DNA of 64,000 nt from Eledone cirrhosa (Eukaryota). The translations under genes were made by a program, and so were the position numbers. A model generated the notes under the pieces. It saw nothing but the letters and a program-made list of their open reading frames with translations, did not search any database and had not been told where the DNA came from. Position 1 is the stretch's first letter; every line of letters begins with the position of its first letter. The stretch lies in contig OZ024758.1 of NCBI GenBank assembly GCA_964016885.1, positions 1,612,001 to 1,676,000 on the forward strand, written 5' to 3'. Of the stretch, positions 49,522 to 63,539 are shown one piece after another.

Positions 49522-49855
49522 TAGGCAATGAATTGTCAGAGTTGTTAGAAGGTCAGATAGAAGGCTTTATGGTTTTCGTTCCGTCTCTCTGTTCCCTGAG
49601 TTCAAATCTCACCAAGGTCAACTTTGCCTTTCATCCATTCGAGGTTGATAAAATGTACCAGTCTAGTACTGGAGTCAATTCTTCCTCTATATCTCTTTCT
49701 CACTTCCGTTCTCTCACTTTCTCTCTATCCTTCACTGGAAAAAAATCTACTGTACTCAAACCTGGAGATGAGATGGACTCCACCAGGTTTTAAATGACCT
49801 ACAAACGACGTATGTAGCGCCCCTCAGATTCCCTCAGGAGTAATGGGACCATACA
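49522..49855 (+). mobile_element. tRNA-derived SINE, long-tail subfamily
   Basis: Head TTGTCAGAGTTGTTAGAAGGTCAGATAGAA, B box GAGTTCAAATCTC, core, and a tail homologous to 2040-2160 and 48525-48650. Confidence 0.8.
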
Positions 49856-51752
49856 TACATTTTCAAGTATGACTGAGTGCTTTAGGAGTTCGCTTCCCAG
49901 CCATGTGGTTTCTAGTTCAGTCCCCTTATGTGTACCTTGGGCAAGTGTCTTTTATTACAGACTCAGGTTTATCTGTGCTTTGAAATTAAATGCTGCGTAA
50001 CATGGTACTTAAGAGGCAGTCCTTCGATTTCTGGTTATTTAACTACGAGAAGACTTGAAACTGCGAATCAAAATTACATAATCACACATTCTATATACCT
50101 GCAGCTGTTCATATATAAACACAGGTAATTAATGTACGAAGGAAACTACAATGGATAGAAAACTTAATAAAACACATTACTTTCCAAACACCTCTATAAC
50201 TAAAATAGATAAAAAAATTTAATAAAATACATTAGTATCGAAACAGCTGTATAAGTAGCATGTAGATATTCTAGAATCACTAATGTATATATTACAAATA
50301 CTCATAAAGTAAATAGAGTTGTTAGATCATTGTATAGAACGTCTGGTGATCTCCATTCCTGCTCTCAACACTTTTAGTTCAAATCCTACTTGTCGTAGAT
50401 ATTGCCACGTGATTTCACGCAACCAGTGGCATGAACTCATCAGACAGCGTCATTATGTAATACGATTACGTTCTCGGAGCAATCCAAACTAATGGAGCAA
50501 GGAAACGGACCAAATTAATGTTTTTGAAGCCTTCATCCGGTCCTTTCAACCTATATTAACTAGTCTATGTACAATTATTATATAATGCTGCAGCAGTAAA
50601 AGAACCCTTATAGCCTACAGCGGACCAAAAAGTATCACCCAGGGAGGTTGCCCGCCTCACCCCTCTAGCTACGCTAGTGATTACCAGATCAATCGATTCA
50701 ATTTATTGAAAATATAGTCAATTGATGAGATATTTCTTTTAAGTATTAATGAATCGGAGGAAGGCGAAGTAAGGCTGTAAATATTATAGGTGACTTGGTT
50801 GAGAGAAGATCCAAGTGGATGTATCAAATCATAGAAAGATTGGAATACTGGAACGAAAGTGAATATATGGATCGATAAGTTTCGATCAATTATCTTATGC
50901 AATCGTTTCATTAGTTTCTCTCTTGGAAATAATATAATTTATTTTATGTTTTCAGTCGTAAAAATATTTTCCCCTTTTTTTCTCTCGTATTCCCCACAGG
51001 GAAATCGCCATTTTAATGGTGTTCTTCTCAATAGTTAAAACTAATATCGAAAAGGGGAGAATATTGAAGCAATGTATCTATGAATGCTTTACAAAATATA
51101 ATTTATATATATAGAGAGAGAGAGGGATATATATGTATATTTATATATATCTATATGCATGTATATATATATATTTATTTATATGTATATGTGTATATTG
51201 ATATATATATATATACACACATATATATGTGTATATATATATATATATACACACACATACACACACACATATGTATATATATTAACGTACAGTAACAGAG
51301 AGAAGAAAAAACCTACATAGATCCTTCTCTACCTCAATACATTTACACATACTTTTCTTTCAGAGAAAATTTAATTAAAAAGAACGTTGAGTTTTTTTAT
51401 TACTCCATGTTGTTGGGGGTAAAGTGTGAAAAACATAAAACAAAGTTTTGGTAAAATCAATCTCAGAAGAATTAAGATTATTTTTTTCACCACTTTACAT
51501 AATAAGAGAGAATTTTACGTCCAACAAGTCGTTAAAATTCAATTAACTTTTTAGGAAAAATTCATTCTTCTGACTGGTTTAAATCAAATAGAGTCGCCTC
51601 AGTCACGTTTTGCCTTGACAAACACATCCGACAGTCCCCCTCCTTTTATTTGTTTGTTTATTTATTTATTTATTTATTTATTTCTCTCTTTCTTTCTTTC
51701 TTTTTCTTCTTCTTCTCCTTGTCCTCTCTTCTTCTTTGTCGTTGTCGTCCTC

Positions 51753-51754
<2 letters not shown>

Positions 51755-51784
<30 letters not shown>

Positions 51785-51915
51785 CTTCTTCTTCTTCTTC
51801 TTCTTCTTCTTCTTCTTCTTCTTCTTCTTCTCCTTCTTCTTCTCCTTCTTCTTCTTCTTCTTCTTCTTTCTTCTTCTTCTTCTTCTTCTTCTTCTTCTCC
51901 TCCTCCTCCTCCTCC
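51755..51915. repeat. (CTT)n microsatellite
   Basis: Direct inspection. Confidence 0.95.
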
Positions 51916-52838
51916 CCCTTCTTGTTGCTGTCTTTTCTAACTACCACTGCTGCCATTAGTGGTGGTTTTGGTGTCGTTTATCTTTTCTTTGTATCAGGGT
52001 GACATATTCTGGAGTAGAAAACACAGGTAGATTATTACCTGAACCTAATTGATACATTAGTCCCCAATATAAGGTAGGTTATTACCTGTACCTACCTGAA
52101 TACAAAGATCACCAATATAAGCTCTCCTAAATATATTATCACCGTTTTTTTTGGCAAATTTCTTCAGATTTCTGCCATTCTCCTCTACCGTTATATTTCA
52201 TAAAGAACCAATGTAATACATATTCAAGTCCTGGGAAATTACACGGTTTTGGGCGAGCTTTTTACTTTCGTTTTATTTAGTTTTTAATGTACTTCCATTG
52301 AAAATGGAAGCAGATGTGCTCAAAAACATGGTATTCCTGTTTCTACGAGAGGTTGGCTGAAAAGTAGATAAGCTGAGAAGTTCATAGGCTGACCAAGATA
52401 CTCTCTCATGGAATGATCAAATGAGGTTAAACCCCCCAGCTATTGCTGGTACTCATTTTCAGTTGAGTATACTGGAGCAATGTGAAATGAAGTATTGAGC
52501 TGAAGGATTCAACACAAAACTCGAACCGACGACATTATAATCGTAAGTCAAACACCCTTACCACTAGGCCACGCGCCTCCGTGTATTACTCTGCCCCAAC
52601 CGTACCTCCAGACAGGTGTGTGTAAGGAGCTAGCATAACCAACTTTTTTCACCTCGTTTTCATATTCTTTATAGTATTCACATAGTTCCACAGACTTTGT
52701 CCCTGTCGATGGAGGAGATACTGTTATACACATCAGCTAAGACTACCTCCAGTTGTTCTTTCAAGGGTATTAGAAGGCTCGTCAATTTATAGAAGCACAA
52801 AGATATGTCTCTGACCTCCTTACCACTTTCTCAATATA

Positions 52839-53253
52839 CAGTGTGTTCGCTTTTTATGCGAAGATGCGTTCGTGAAAGCGGCGCGTAATTCAAGTCTAAT
52901 ATTTCTGATAAATAAAAATAATTGTTTCTACTTTTGGCACAAGGCCAGCAAATTACCCAGTACATTACTGGTACTTTATTTTATCGACTCCGTAAGGATG
53001 AAAAGCAAAGTTAACCTCGACGGGATTTGAACTCAGACCGTAAAGGAACGTAACTATGCTAGAAAGCATGGCGTCTAGCCCTCTACCGATACTGCCAATT
53101 CACCACCCTGATAAATAAAAATAATAAAAACCACACGCGTTATAGCGAGTTATTCGTGCAAAGGAAATATTTAATAATTTTTAATAATATTTTTTCAAGA
53201 CGCATTAAAGCGAATTCGCGTACTTCAAGTTCGCGTAAGAAGCGAACAGACTG
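52839..53253. mobile_element. Tc1/pogo-like MITE with 24-bp TIRs, interrupted by a SINE
   Basis: CAGTGTGTTCGCTTTTTATGCGAA versus the reverse complement of TTCGCGTAAGAAGCGAACAGACTG (21/24 match). TA on the left only. Confidence 0.7.
52923..53108 (-). mobile_element. tRNA-derived SINE with a ~17-bp target site duplication
   Basis: TGATAAATAAAAATAAT at 52906-52922 and 53109-53125. Confidence 0.9.
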
Positions 53254-54266
53254 TTTTCCTAAGGAAAGGAGACTTTGTCCTTGGTAACATATGTTTTCTA
53301 TCGTATTTTATTTTCCAAGAGTCGGTCTATATCAAACGATTTCCTTTCGTGTGTAATGCTAATAATACTATGAACAATAATAATACTATAAACAATATTG
53401 TTTTTTTGTATTTTTGCTTGCTAAAATATCAATATTTGTGGTGTCAGATTTTTCAGTGCAGCTAATTTTCTGGTTGTTAATTTTCTGTGTGTCTTTTTAA
53501 CTTAATTCTCTGTTGATATTTTATCCACAACTCTTTTATGTTGAAGGCGCAAATAATACTGTCACGTCTGCGGCTGTTAACCCCATAAAAGGGAAATACC
53601 TTTGTCGGTTAGAAAATAAACATATGTTATTGAATATCGAGAAAAGACAGGCTGTTTTTCTACATCTACACTGAGAGCGAAGCACGTCTGGCCAGAGAGG
53701 AGGAGGAGGAGAAGAAGAAGAAGAAGAAGAAGAAGAAGAAGAAGAAGAAGAAGAAGAAGAAGAAGAAGAAGAAGAACGCCTATAAAGAAATATTCTAGAT
53801 AAAAACCAAAGAACTTAACTAAGATATATATTTTATATATGGCTTGTCTTTAACATAAATTCCTTTGTTGATATCGGAAACACATGCAAAAAATGCGACC
53901 AATTGCAAAATTAATATAATAGGTGACATTGTTTCTGAGAAATACGGTGAGATGGTTCTATGATATCGTGACTAGAAATAGGTCAATATATCGATTTATC
54001 ATGACCAAACAACACTCTGAAACGATCGTAAAACAATGAACTAATTAAAAATCTATCTTCGCTTTTGTTTTATTTTCGTTTCAAAACACACACATATATA
54101 TAAGATGACATTAAATCATCTTCGATCACTGGACCCTGTTGAAGCATGTGAAGCAATGAAACAAGTTCCAACATGTACCAAAATCTAATTACTTTATACA
54201 AAACAATCTTTCCCCCGCCCCCACACGTAACGTACTCGCTGTATCTTTACACAAAATGAAATCTCC

Positions 54267-54319
<53 letters not shown>

Positions 54320-54321
<2 letters not shown>

Positions 54322-54531
54322 AACCAGTAAGACCCCGACAGCTGAGCTCAAGCCGTTTCGACGGCTAATTCTGGACTAAAAAAACTTTTTTTTTAGTCCA
54401 GAATTATCCGTCGAAACGGCTTGAGCTCAGCTGTCGGGGTCTTACTGGTTCCTATTACCCACTCTACTACCTCAAGTATTGAGTACTTTGGTGCGTTATG
54501 GTCCACCTGATTCCTTACCACATTTCCTTCG

Positions 54532-54533
<2 letters not shown>
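54320..54533 (+). mobile_element. (TA)n-embedded fold-back hairpin element, copy 4 (longest arms, about 65 bp)
   Basis: Near-perfect palindrome centred on AAAAAAACTTTTTTTTT, plus the shared tail. Confidence 0.88.
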
Positions 54534-54582
<49 letters not shown>

Positions 54583-54911
54583 TGTATGTTTACGTATATG
54601 TCTATATATGTCTATATATATATATATTAGTAAAAAGGAAAAGAAAATGCTGACAAATATTTCCCAGTGAGGATGAATTTCCAAAAGTGATCAGATTAGA
54701 GCAAAAATCACGAGCACTCTATCTCAAAATTATTTTTGAAAACCATAAGAAATGCGCAACCGGTAAAAACTTACAACTAAAACTGAATACTAACTAATAC
54801 TTATTACTAATTTATACTTATTCCTAATTAAACTATTGGGAAAAATTTGTCACCATTTTCTTTTCCTTTTTACTAATATATCACAACTCGTGTGTCACAC
54901 CTCTATTTTTT

Positions 54912-54987
<76 letters not shown>

Positions 54988-54989
<2 letters not shown>

Positions 54990-55189
54990 AACGAGTAGGA
55001 CCCCGACGGCTGAGCTCAAGCCGTTTCGACGGCTAATTCTGGACTAATTGAGTCCAGAATTAGCCGTCAAAACGGCTTGAGCTCAGCCGTCGGGGTCCTA
55101 CTCGGTCCTATTACCCACTCTACTACCCTAAGTATTGAGTACTTTGGTGCGTTATGGTCCACCTGGTTCCTTACCACATTTCCTTCGTT
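54988..55189 (+). mobile_element. (TA)n-embedded fold-back hairpin element, copy 5 (arms about 58 bp)
   Basis: Palindrome centred on GGACT-AATTG-AGTCC, plus the shared tail. Confidence 0.88.
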
Positions 55190-55567
55190 ATATATATATA
55201 TATATATCACAGAAAAGAAGAGGATCAGTGTTGTGACGAATGGAATTTATTGGACATATTACAATCGTTTCTCTGGCGACCAGCTCGAGGCACGATCGAT
55301 GTGATGATCGAACCTGATTCTGAAAATCGCAAGGTCCTCAGATACGTCTTGATTCTACGAAGCATCGAGTGCTCAAACGGCCTACCGTATACGGACGCTT
55401 TAAGCCTCCAACACCAATTATATATATATATAATATGTATATATAATATGTATATATAATATGTATATATAATATGTATATATAATATGTATATATAGTA
55501 AGAAGAAAGTGGAGATGTTACATAGGCGATTTATTGCTTAATCCTGGTTACAAATGTTTGTGTTGTA

Positions 55568-55619
55568 GTGTTGCTGTTGCTGTTATTGTTGCTATTGCTG
55601 TTGCTGCTGTTGCTGTTAT

Positions 55620-55650
<31 letters not shown>

Positions 55651-55751
55651 ATTGTTGCTGTTACTGTTGCTGCTGTTGCTGTTATTGTTGCTGTTACTGT
55701 TGCTGCTGTTGCTGTTATTGTTGCTGTTACTGTTGCTGCTGTTGCTGTTAT

Positions 55752-55782
<31 letters not shown>

Positions 55783-55817
55783 ATTGTTGCTGTTGCTGTT
55801 GCTGCTGTTGTTGTTAT

Positions 55818-55848
<31 letters not shown>

Positions 55849-56340
55849 ATTGTTGCTGTTACTGTTGCTGCTGTTGCTGTTATTGTTGCTGTTACTGTTG
55901 CTGCTGTTGCTGTTATTGTTGCTGTTACTGTTGCTGCTGTTGCTGTTATTGTTGCTGTTACTGTTGCTGTTGTTGTTGTTATTGTTATTATTATAGTATG
56001 TTGTTGTGGTGGTGGTGGTGGTGGTGGTAGTGGTGATGCGTTGTAGTGTGTTGTAGAGTGTTGTTATTGTTGTTATTGATGCTGTTGCTGTTGTTATTGT
56101 TATTATTATAGTATGTTGTTGTTGTTGTTGTTGTGGTGGTGGTGGTGGTGGTGGTGGTGGTGATGTGTTGTAGTGTGTTGTAGAGTGTTGCTATTGCTGT
56201 TATTGTTGCTGCTGCTGTTGTTGTTATTGTTGCTGCTGTTGTGGTGGTGGTGCTGGTGGTGTGTTGTAGAGTGTTGTAGTGTATTGCTGTTGTTGTTGTT
56301 GTTGTTATTGCTGCTGTTGTTGTTGCTGTTGTTGTATTGT
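55568..56340. repeat. Compound trinucleotide repeat (TGT/TGC/TAT/TGG)
   Basis: Direct inspection; gives spurious poly-L and VA ORFs. Confidence 0.93.
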
Positions 56341-56752
56341 ATATGTTTTCATAACAGATTACTAATCACAATTTGTGAAAAGTTCAAATATTTAGTTAAA
56401 CCCTGTCCCGCAATTAACAATTTTAATTATATAACGAATTGGAATTGTCAAAGTGTCAGTTAAGTCTTTTTTCTTTGCAATCTACTGAAAGCAATTGAAA
56501 TGTCTACTAAATGTAATTAGTCTAACTACTGCCATCTATCGTCAAACTAATTAATAGAATCATTTTAACAGATGAAAGAAAACAATTTAGAAGTATTTTC
56601 TAATGCCTGCCAGCTACTTTCTGTCGTCTCAAAGCAATTGATATGGTAAATTACCTGTGTAGGCAGGTATGCTATGTAGTGACGGGTTCGATTTGAAAAC
56701 ATGTCGTTCTAGGTTTGATTCCATTCTGTGCTACATTATTGTCTCCAATAAT

Positions 56753-56940
56753 GGCGGTGGATTGGCAGTATCGGTAGAGGGTCGGACGTCATGCTTTGAC
56801 GCATAGAGTTACGGCCCTTGCCATTCTGAGTTCAAATCCCGCCGAGGTTAACTTTGGCTTTCATCCTTACGGGATCGATAAAATAAAGTACCAGTAATAA
56901 ACTGTGTTAATTGCTGGCCTTGTGCCAAAAGTAGAAGCAA
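56753..56940 (+). mobile_element. tRNA-derived SINE with flanking direct repeat
   Basis: ATTATTGTCTCCAA at 56735-56748 and 56940-56953. Confidence 0.9.
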
Positions 56941-56984
56941 TTATTGTCTCCAACTTTCCAATATCTTGTAGGATTAATTTCCTA

Positions 56985-57328
56985 GGGTCGGCTGAAATGT
57001 TTATAGTCTGACCAAAATCCTCTCATGGAATGACCAAATGAGGTTTATTTTTCAACATAATTCCTGGAAAGAAACAATGCAGTTATAAATAAGAAGATTT
57101 GAAATTAATTTATGCAAGATTTCACAGCTCTAGCATCACTCCTTCATAGTCTGACAAAGATACTCTCATGGAATTACCAAATGGCGCTTATTTTTCAACA
57201 TAGTCCCTGGAAAGAAACAATGAAATTATTACGAATCATAAGAAGAGTTTAAATTAATTCATGCAAGATTTCACAGCTCTAGCATCACTCCTTCATAGCC
57301 AGACTATGTACTTTTCAGCCGATGCTTG
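56985..57328. mobile_element. Mariner-type MITE with an internal tandem duplication
   Basis: The body of the 6137-6341 family is present twice between degenerate TIRs. Confidence 0.75.
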
Positions 57329-57480
57329 TATATGCAAATGGCTTTTCGTATGTAAATTACAATATTATTTTAATAAGGTGGCTCCACATATCGTAAAAGA
57401 GGAAACAGAACGAGATGGTGTCGATTTTCACTTGAAAGTATTTCACATATTTTACGCTAACATTACCTAGACCCTCAAAA

Positions 57481-57850
57481 TAATTGTTTCTACTTTTGGT
57501 ACTTTATTTTATGGACCCCGTAAGGATGAAAGGCAGGATTTGAACTCAGAACATAAAGGGACGTAACTCTATGCTGCAAAGCATGACGTCCAACTCTCTG
57601 CCGATACTGCCAATCTACCGTCAAGGGTTAATAATTGTTTCTTATATAGGCACAAGGCCAGCAATTTTGGGGAAGGGGAAAGTCGATTAAATCGACTCCA
57701 GTGTGTGACTGGTACTTTATTTTATCGACCCCGTAAGTATGAAGGAGAAAGCTAACCTCGGCGGGATTTGAACTCATACCGTTAAGGGCCGTAACTCTAT
57801 GCTGCAAACATAGCGTCAGACTCTCTACCGATACTGCCAATACACCGCCA
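57481..57850 (-). mobile_element. Two tandem SINE copies
   Basis: B boxes and cores near 57540 and 57770; direct repeat CAAGGGTTAATAAT at 57622 and 57849. Confidence 0.85.
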
Positions 57851-58984
57851 AGGGTTAATAATGCTGACACAACACACTCTTACTTCTGACTCAACCTGTA
57901 TTTCTCATTCGATGTTGTATTCTTTCCAAACGAGTCAGGGAAAATGTCTTCGCCGGGGGCAATGTCTTTTCCATCCTGTCGGGCGGGACGACGAAGCAGA
58001 CGACATATTAGGGTAGGAGTAAGGTCATAAAACGCACTTACACGTCCCGATTACTTCTGACTCACCCTGCATTTCTCATTCGATGTTGTAATATTTACAA
58101 ACATATCAGGGGCAATGTCCTCTCCATCCTGCCTACCGGGACCTCAAGGGCAATGTCTTCTCCATCCTGCCTGCCGGGACCTCAGGGACATTGTCCTCTC
58201 CATCCTGCTTGCCCGAACCACGAAGCAGACGACATTTTAGGGTAGGAGTAGAGCGGCAGCCGTCAGACTCTGATCTTCACTACAGGATATCAATAACACA
58301 GAGATATATTACACTAAAGTCTCTACATTCATGGCTACATTAGCATCATTTTAGTTGGTTTTACTTCTTTTATCGCCTTCTTTCCGTGAGAACTCTCTAG
58401 TGACACAACATCTAATAAACATTCTATTTTAATCAATCTATCTGTCAAACACTCCTCCATATTTTTAGATGGACAAGCAGACGCCGATACATACTTTTAT
58501 CTGTTTGCTTATCTCTAGCCCTTCCATCTATCTATCTCTTTTCTCTCTCTCTCTACCTATCTATCTCCATCTCTATCTATCTTTCTCTCCATCTCTCTTT
58601 CTTTCTCTTTCTCTCTCTCTCTCTCTCTCTCTTAAATCTAACCAATGTAATGTAATTTATACTCAATTCTTGTACATATTCTAGAAGCCAGTATCTAAAA
58701 GATATAAACATATAATTCTCATGTTATGTGAGATGTTTGGATATCTTCCACAATATGGCTGTGAATTGGCAGAAACTTAACAACGTTGAGAAGAATTCTT
58801 TGTGGAATTCGTTCCGATTCTCTTCACTCTGTGTCCAAATCTCGTAGATATTAACTTTACCTTTCATTCTATCGAGATCGATAAAGCACCAGACCATTAT
58901 TGTGATCGAATCTTCTACTATGAGGGCCGGCTGAAAAGTTCATAGGCTAACTATGAAAGCGTGATGCTAGAGCTGTGAAACTGT

Positions 58985-59580
58985 CAGAAGCAACCGTCTC
59001 CAACTGATCCGGCTGGATCCCCAAGAGAGACCCCAGCCAAGCTCATGGATCTTATCCAACCATCTTCCTTGGGGTCTACCCCTGGATCTTCTGACGGTTG
59101 GTTTTGCCCGTAAGATCTGTCCAGCGATTCTTTCCTGAGAAATTCTAACCAAATGTCCATAGTATCGGAGCTGTGATCTCTCAATTCGGAGAAGTAGCAG
59201 CTCTACCTGGAATGATTCTCTGGTCTCCAAGCTACAAATCTGTCCAGTGATTCTCTCCTGAGACATTCTAACCACATGTCTATAGTATCGGAGCTGTGAT
59301 CTCTCAATTTGGAGAAGTAGCAGCTCTACCTGGAGTGAATCTCTGGTCTCCAAGCTACGCACTTTATCGAGTAACCTTACTCCAAAGATACTTCGGAGGA
59401 ACCCCCATTTCATCCACTTGTATTCCCGATCATATTCTTTCGGTCGTTACGCAAGATTCAGAACCATAGGTAAGAGTTGGCATGAATACTGAATTGAAGA
59501 TAGCGAGTTTGGCTTTTACACCTACCAACCGAATGCTTAAACTGGAGCATTACTGCACCAGCTACTGCAATTATTGCACT
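58985..59580 (-). pseudogene. Degenerate RTE-clade LINE ORF C-terminus
   Basis: KAKLAIFNSVFMPTLTYGSE...*...EMGFLRSIFGV...QLRYYGHLVR...RSRGRPQGRWLD. Contains an in-frame stop and a ~120-bp internal duplication. Confidence 0.82.
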
Positions 59581-60152
59581 TAATTTATTCTCCTGCCTTT
59601 TATCACTTTACAAATCATAAAAAGTATATAATTTAATACATACTATTTGCTAAATAAAGAAAACATGCAATTTACAGATTTATCGAAGCGAATATTCAGC
59701 CAAAGTTAGTGCTATGTATATTGGTGTTTTGGTAAATAATCCGATATCCACAATGACTGGGGCCCTCACAAGTTTATACTTGTTTGTTTACAGTCCTCTG
59801 ATGTTTGTTATAAAATATTTGCTGATTTGGTTATATTTGACCTTCTCCAAATATAGAGTTTCAACATTCATTGCTGTGTCGTAATTTTATTCCTTTATCT
59901 GTCTATCATATCTCTTCCGGGGAGGGTCTCTCTTGAGACACAACATGCTAAACACATTCTATTTTCGCCAACGTATTTATAATACACTGCTTTAGATTTG
60001 TAGATAGAGAAGCGGAAACAAATACAAATATTCCCCTCTCTCTCTCACTCGTTTTTTTCCTCTTTCACTCGTATGTTGACCTAAGTCTGAGACTAGTTTT
60101 AAAAATTATAAATAAAGACTTATAGATGAGAATTTATGTACACGTCAGCGCG

Positions 60153-60223
<71 letters not shown>

Positions 60224-60411
60224 AGTAAGAATGTTTCGAAACAGCGAGCGTGTTTGAAATTAGAAATATAAGCTATCGCTGTATTTTGACTAAAGAAATT
60301 ATTTAGCCTGATAGTGGGGTTAAGAACCCTCGGAGAAATGGAAAAAGATGAGTATTGACGTACATGTATTGGCCTTGTGCCTAAATCAGAAACCATTATA
60401 GTATGTTGTGT

Positions 60412-60790
60412 GGGCGTTGGATTGGCTGAATCGGTAGAGCGTCGGACAACATTCTTTGTGGCATAAAGTTATGTCCCTTTACGTTATGAGTTCAAAACCC
60501 GCCGAAGGTAGCTTTGTCTTTTATCTTTACGTACCAGTAACGCACTGGGGTCGATTTAATCGACTTTTCCCTCCCCAAAAAATTGTTGGTCATGTGCATA
60601 AATCAGAATGCCAGTATCGGTAGAGGGTCGGACGCCATTCTTTGTAGCATAGAGTTACGTCCCTTTACGTTCTGAGTTCAAATTCCGCCGAGGTTAACTT
60701 TGCCTTTCATCCTTACGAGGTCGATAAAATAAAGTACCAGTAATGCACTGGGGCCTTTGCTGGCATTGTGCCAAATGTAGAAACAATGAT
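60412..60790 (+). mobile_element. Two tandem tRNA-derived SINE copies
   Basis: B boxes near 60488 and 60674, with cores and tails. Confidence 0.85.
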
Positions 60791-61090
60791 TCAGAAATGT
60801 GTGTTAACCCTGTTATAGCCTAAACATGAGAGAGTTTTCAGTACAACTGAATACGTTAGTTAATGGTGATGCGTACCATGAGAAAGAAGTTCCGATGCCC
60901 AAGAAGTTCTGATTGATGACGTAAAAGAGGAGAAACTGTATGGCAAGGGGGGAGGGGATATTCTCTCCAATTTCCGGTACCATGTTTATTTTAATGGTTT
61001 GTGTGAGGGGGGGGGCAGTAGCTATTTTCTTTAAAGAATAGCTGATTGTTACTTCTTATATGAGTTAGCAGCACCGTCCAAAATATAAAG

Positions 61091-61412
61091 CAGGCATGGG
61101 CAACCTTTTTCCCAGAATCCGGCCACATGAGATATGGCTCATCATCAGGCAGGCCACATGAGATATGGCTCATCGTCAGACGGGCCATAAGCGGTAATTT
61201 ACATTCGTGCCCACATTAAAAAAAAGGGAGGTAACTCAGGTTGTTTTGATTTGTTTCTTCAGAATTCGTACACGTTCTTTTCCTCGATCGTAAAAATGAT
61301 AGAAAGATAAATTACGACTGAAACGATGGGGTAAAAAAATCAGAAAGATTTCACTTAGGTGACTTAGGCGAGCCATTCAGAAAGCTTCGCGGCCGCCGGT
61401 TACCCATGACTG
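61091..61412. mobile_element. Non-autonomous hAT element (MITE)
   Basis: 15-bp TIRs CAGGCATGGGCAACC / GGTTACCCATGACTG and a perfect 8-bp TSD ATATAAAG (61083-61090 and 61413-61420). Confidence 0.9.
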
Positions 61413-62781
61413 ATATAAAGCTTCTTATCAATTTCTGACTAGATTCTTTGCTCCTCCGTCTTGTTAATGTTGGGTTCGTGCTGAGTCTTATTGCTGTCTA
61501 TTTTCTTGGTTTTAATTTTGATTGATGCTGATTTTTATTTTGGTTTTTGTGCTTTTTTTCTTTGTTGTTTTGTTTCGCTTTGTTTTTATTTGTGTTCTTT
61601 TTTGTTGCTGTTCTTTTAAGGGCCAATGTATTCTGTCCTAATCTGATTATAACTTATAAAACTTTAAAAATTAAATTACTGAAACGTTAATGGAAAGGAA
61701 ATAGAATTTTGGCAAATTTTGCACTTTCTTTGTATGAGAGGACAGATTCTATTTCAGCCGCTTACGTCAGTGACAACATATTTACACTTACCATATCTCA
61801 TTTGGGTGACACACAATGGTGCATACATACATATATATACATAACATACATACATGCATACATATAACATACATACATACACACATGCATACACATAACA
61901 TAAATACATACACACACGCATACATACTCATACATACACACACGCATACATACTCACTCATACACATGCATACATACATACACACACGCATACATACTCA
62001 CTCATACACATACATACATACACACACGCATACATACTCACTCATACACATACATACATACACACACGCATACATACTCACTCATACACATACATACATA
62101 CATACATACACACATGCATACATACTCACTCATACATACATACATACACACACGCATACATACTCACTCATACACATATACACATACATACATGCACCAA
62201 GTTGTCGCCTTGAAATTATACACTTGTCTCCACTGTTAGTCACGAAGAGAACTTGTCTCACACTTTCTTCCAAAATGATGTTTGTACTATGACCCACACA
62301 ACCACCAAACATATACTATGACCCACATACTATACTAGGGGTTTTTTCAACACGCTGAGTTGTATGTATATATAAGTGTGTACGTGTGGATATGTGCATA
62401 TACATACATTTCCATGTATGAGTATATAAATATAAACGTGCAAACACAGACACACTTACAAAAATACACACTCAGACACACACTCAGACATACATTCACA
62501 CAAACACACACAAACACTCACATAAACAGCATAGCAAATGGAACGCCAGCTCCTATTTTGCTATAGTTTTTTCACCATCCCCTTCCTTCCTTTTACACAC
62601 ACATACATTCATGCAGGTAGCAGACGTAAGGAGAAAGGAGTAGTATGAGGTAGTCAAACTACTCCTTTCTCTTTACGTGTTGTGACAGAATCACAGAAAT
62701 TTATATATAGATGCCAGCACACCTAAATTGCACATGCACAAAACACATCACAAACGCACAAAATATTCTTCACTACAGATG

Positions 62782-63262
62782 TCATCATCATCATTTTACG
62801 TCCATTTTTCCACGCTAGCATGGGTTAGACGAGTTGTCCTGTTGTAGGCAATGTTAGGTCAGGTGACCATGTCTTGCTCCTACAGAACTGATTTTGGCTT
62901 CGTTTCTACAGCTGGATGCCCTTCCTAACACCAACCTCATTTACAGTGAGTGCTGTGTGTGTGTATAAATATATATATTTCATCATCATCATCTTCTGCT
63001 CTGGTCACAACACTGTAAAGAGTTTGTGTAAGAGTCACAATAAAAAGCACCCAACCCACACTGTAAAGTGGTCGTGTAGGTCACAACAGAAAACAGCCAG
63101 TACTCACTGTAAATGTAGTTGGCGTTAAGAAGGGCATCCAGCCGTAGAAACTGAGCCAGAAACAGTCCTAAAGATACGGTCACCTGACCCAACTTGCCTC
63201 AAATGGGACGACCCATCTAACCCATGCTCACATAGAAAATGGACATTAAATGATGATGATGA
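62782..63262. mobile_element. Two oppositely oriented retroposon 3' ends with (GAT)n tails
   Basis: AGGGCATCCAGC(C/T)GTAGAAAC and CCCATGCT...GAAAATGGAC.T.AAATGATGATGA occur on both strands. Confidence 0.65.
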
Positions 63263-63539
63263 ATGTCTGATGGTGAATAAGTGTGATTTTTTTCTTGTTT
63301 CTTTTAAAATTATAACTATTGTACAAATTTCATTTTATGAAATTTTATTTAAATCAACATTCTAACAAAATAAAAGACAAAAAAAACTCAGTTTTAGAGT
63401 TGTTAATCTCTCAATGTCTTCAGTTTACCAAAGGTATCATTTGTGAGTGCTGGAAATAATTTAGGCACAAGACCAGCAATTAGAGGGGAAAGTCAATTAG
63501 ATGAACCAAAATACTTGAGTGCTATTTTATTTTATCTAC

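Noticed and set aside
57880-58250. Local ~171-bp duplication with ~38-bp sub-repeats
   Set aside because: An ordinary degenerate tandem duplication with no TIR, TSD or coding signal.
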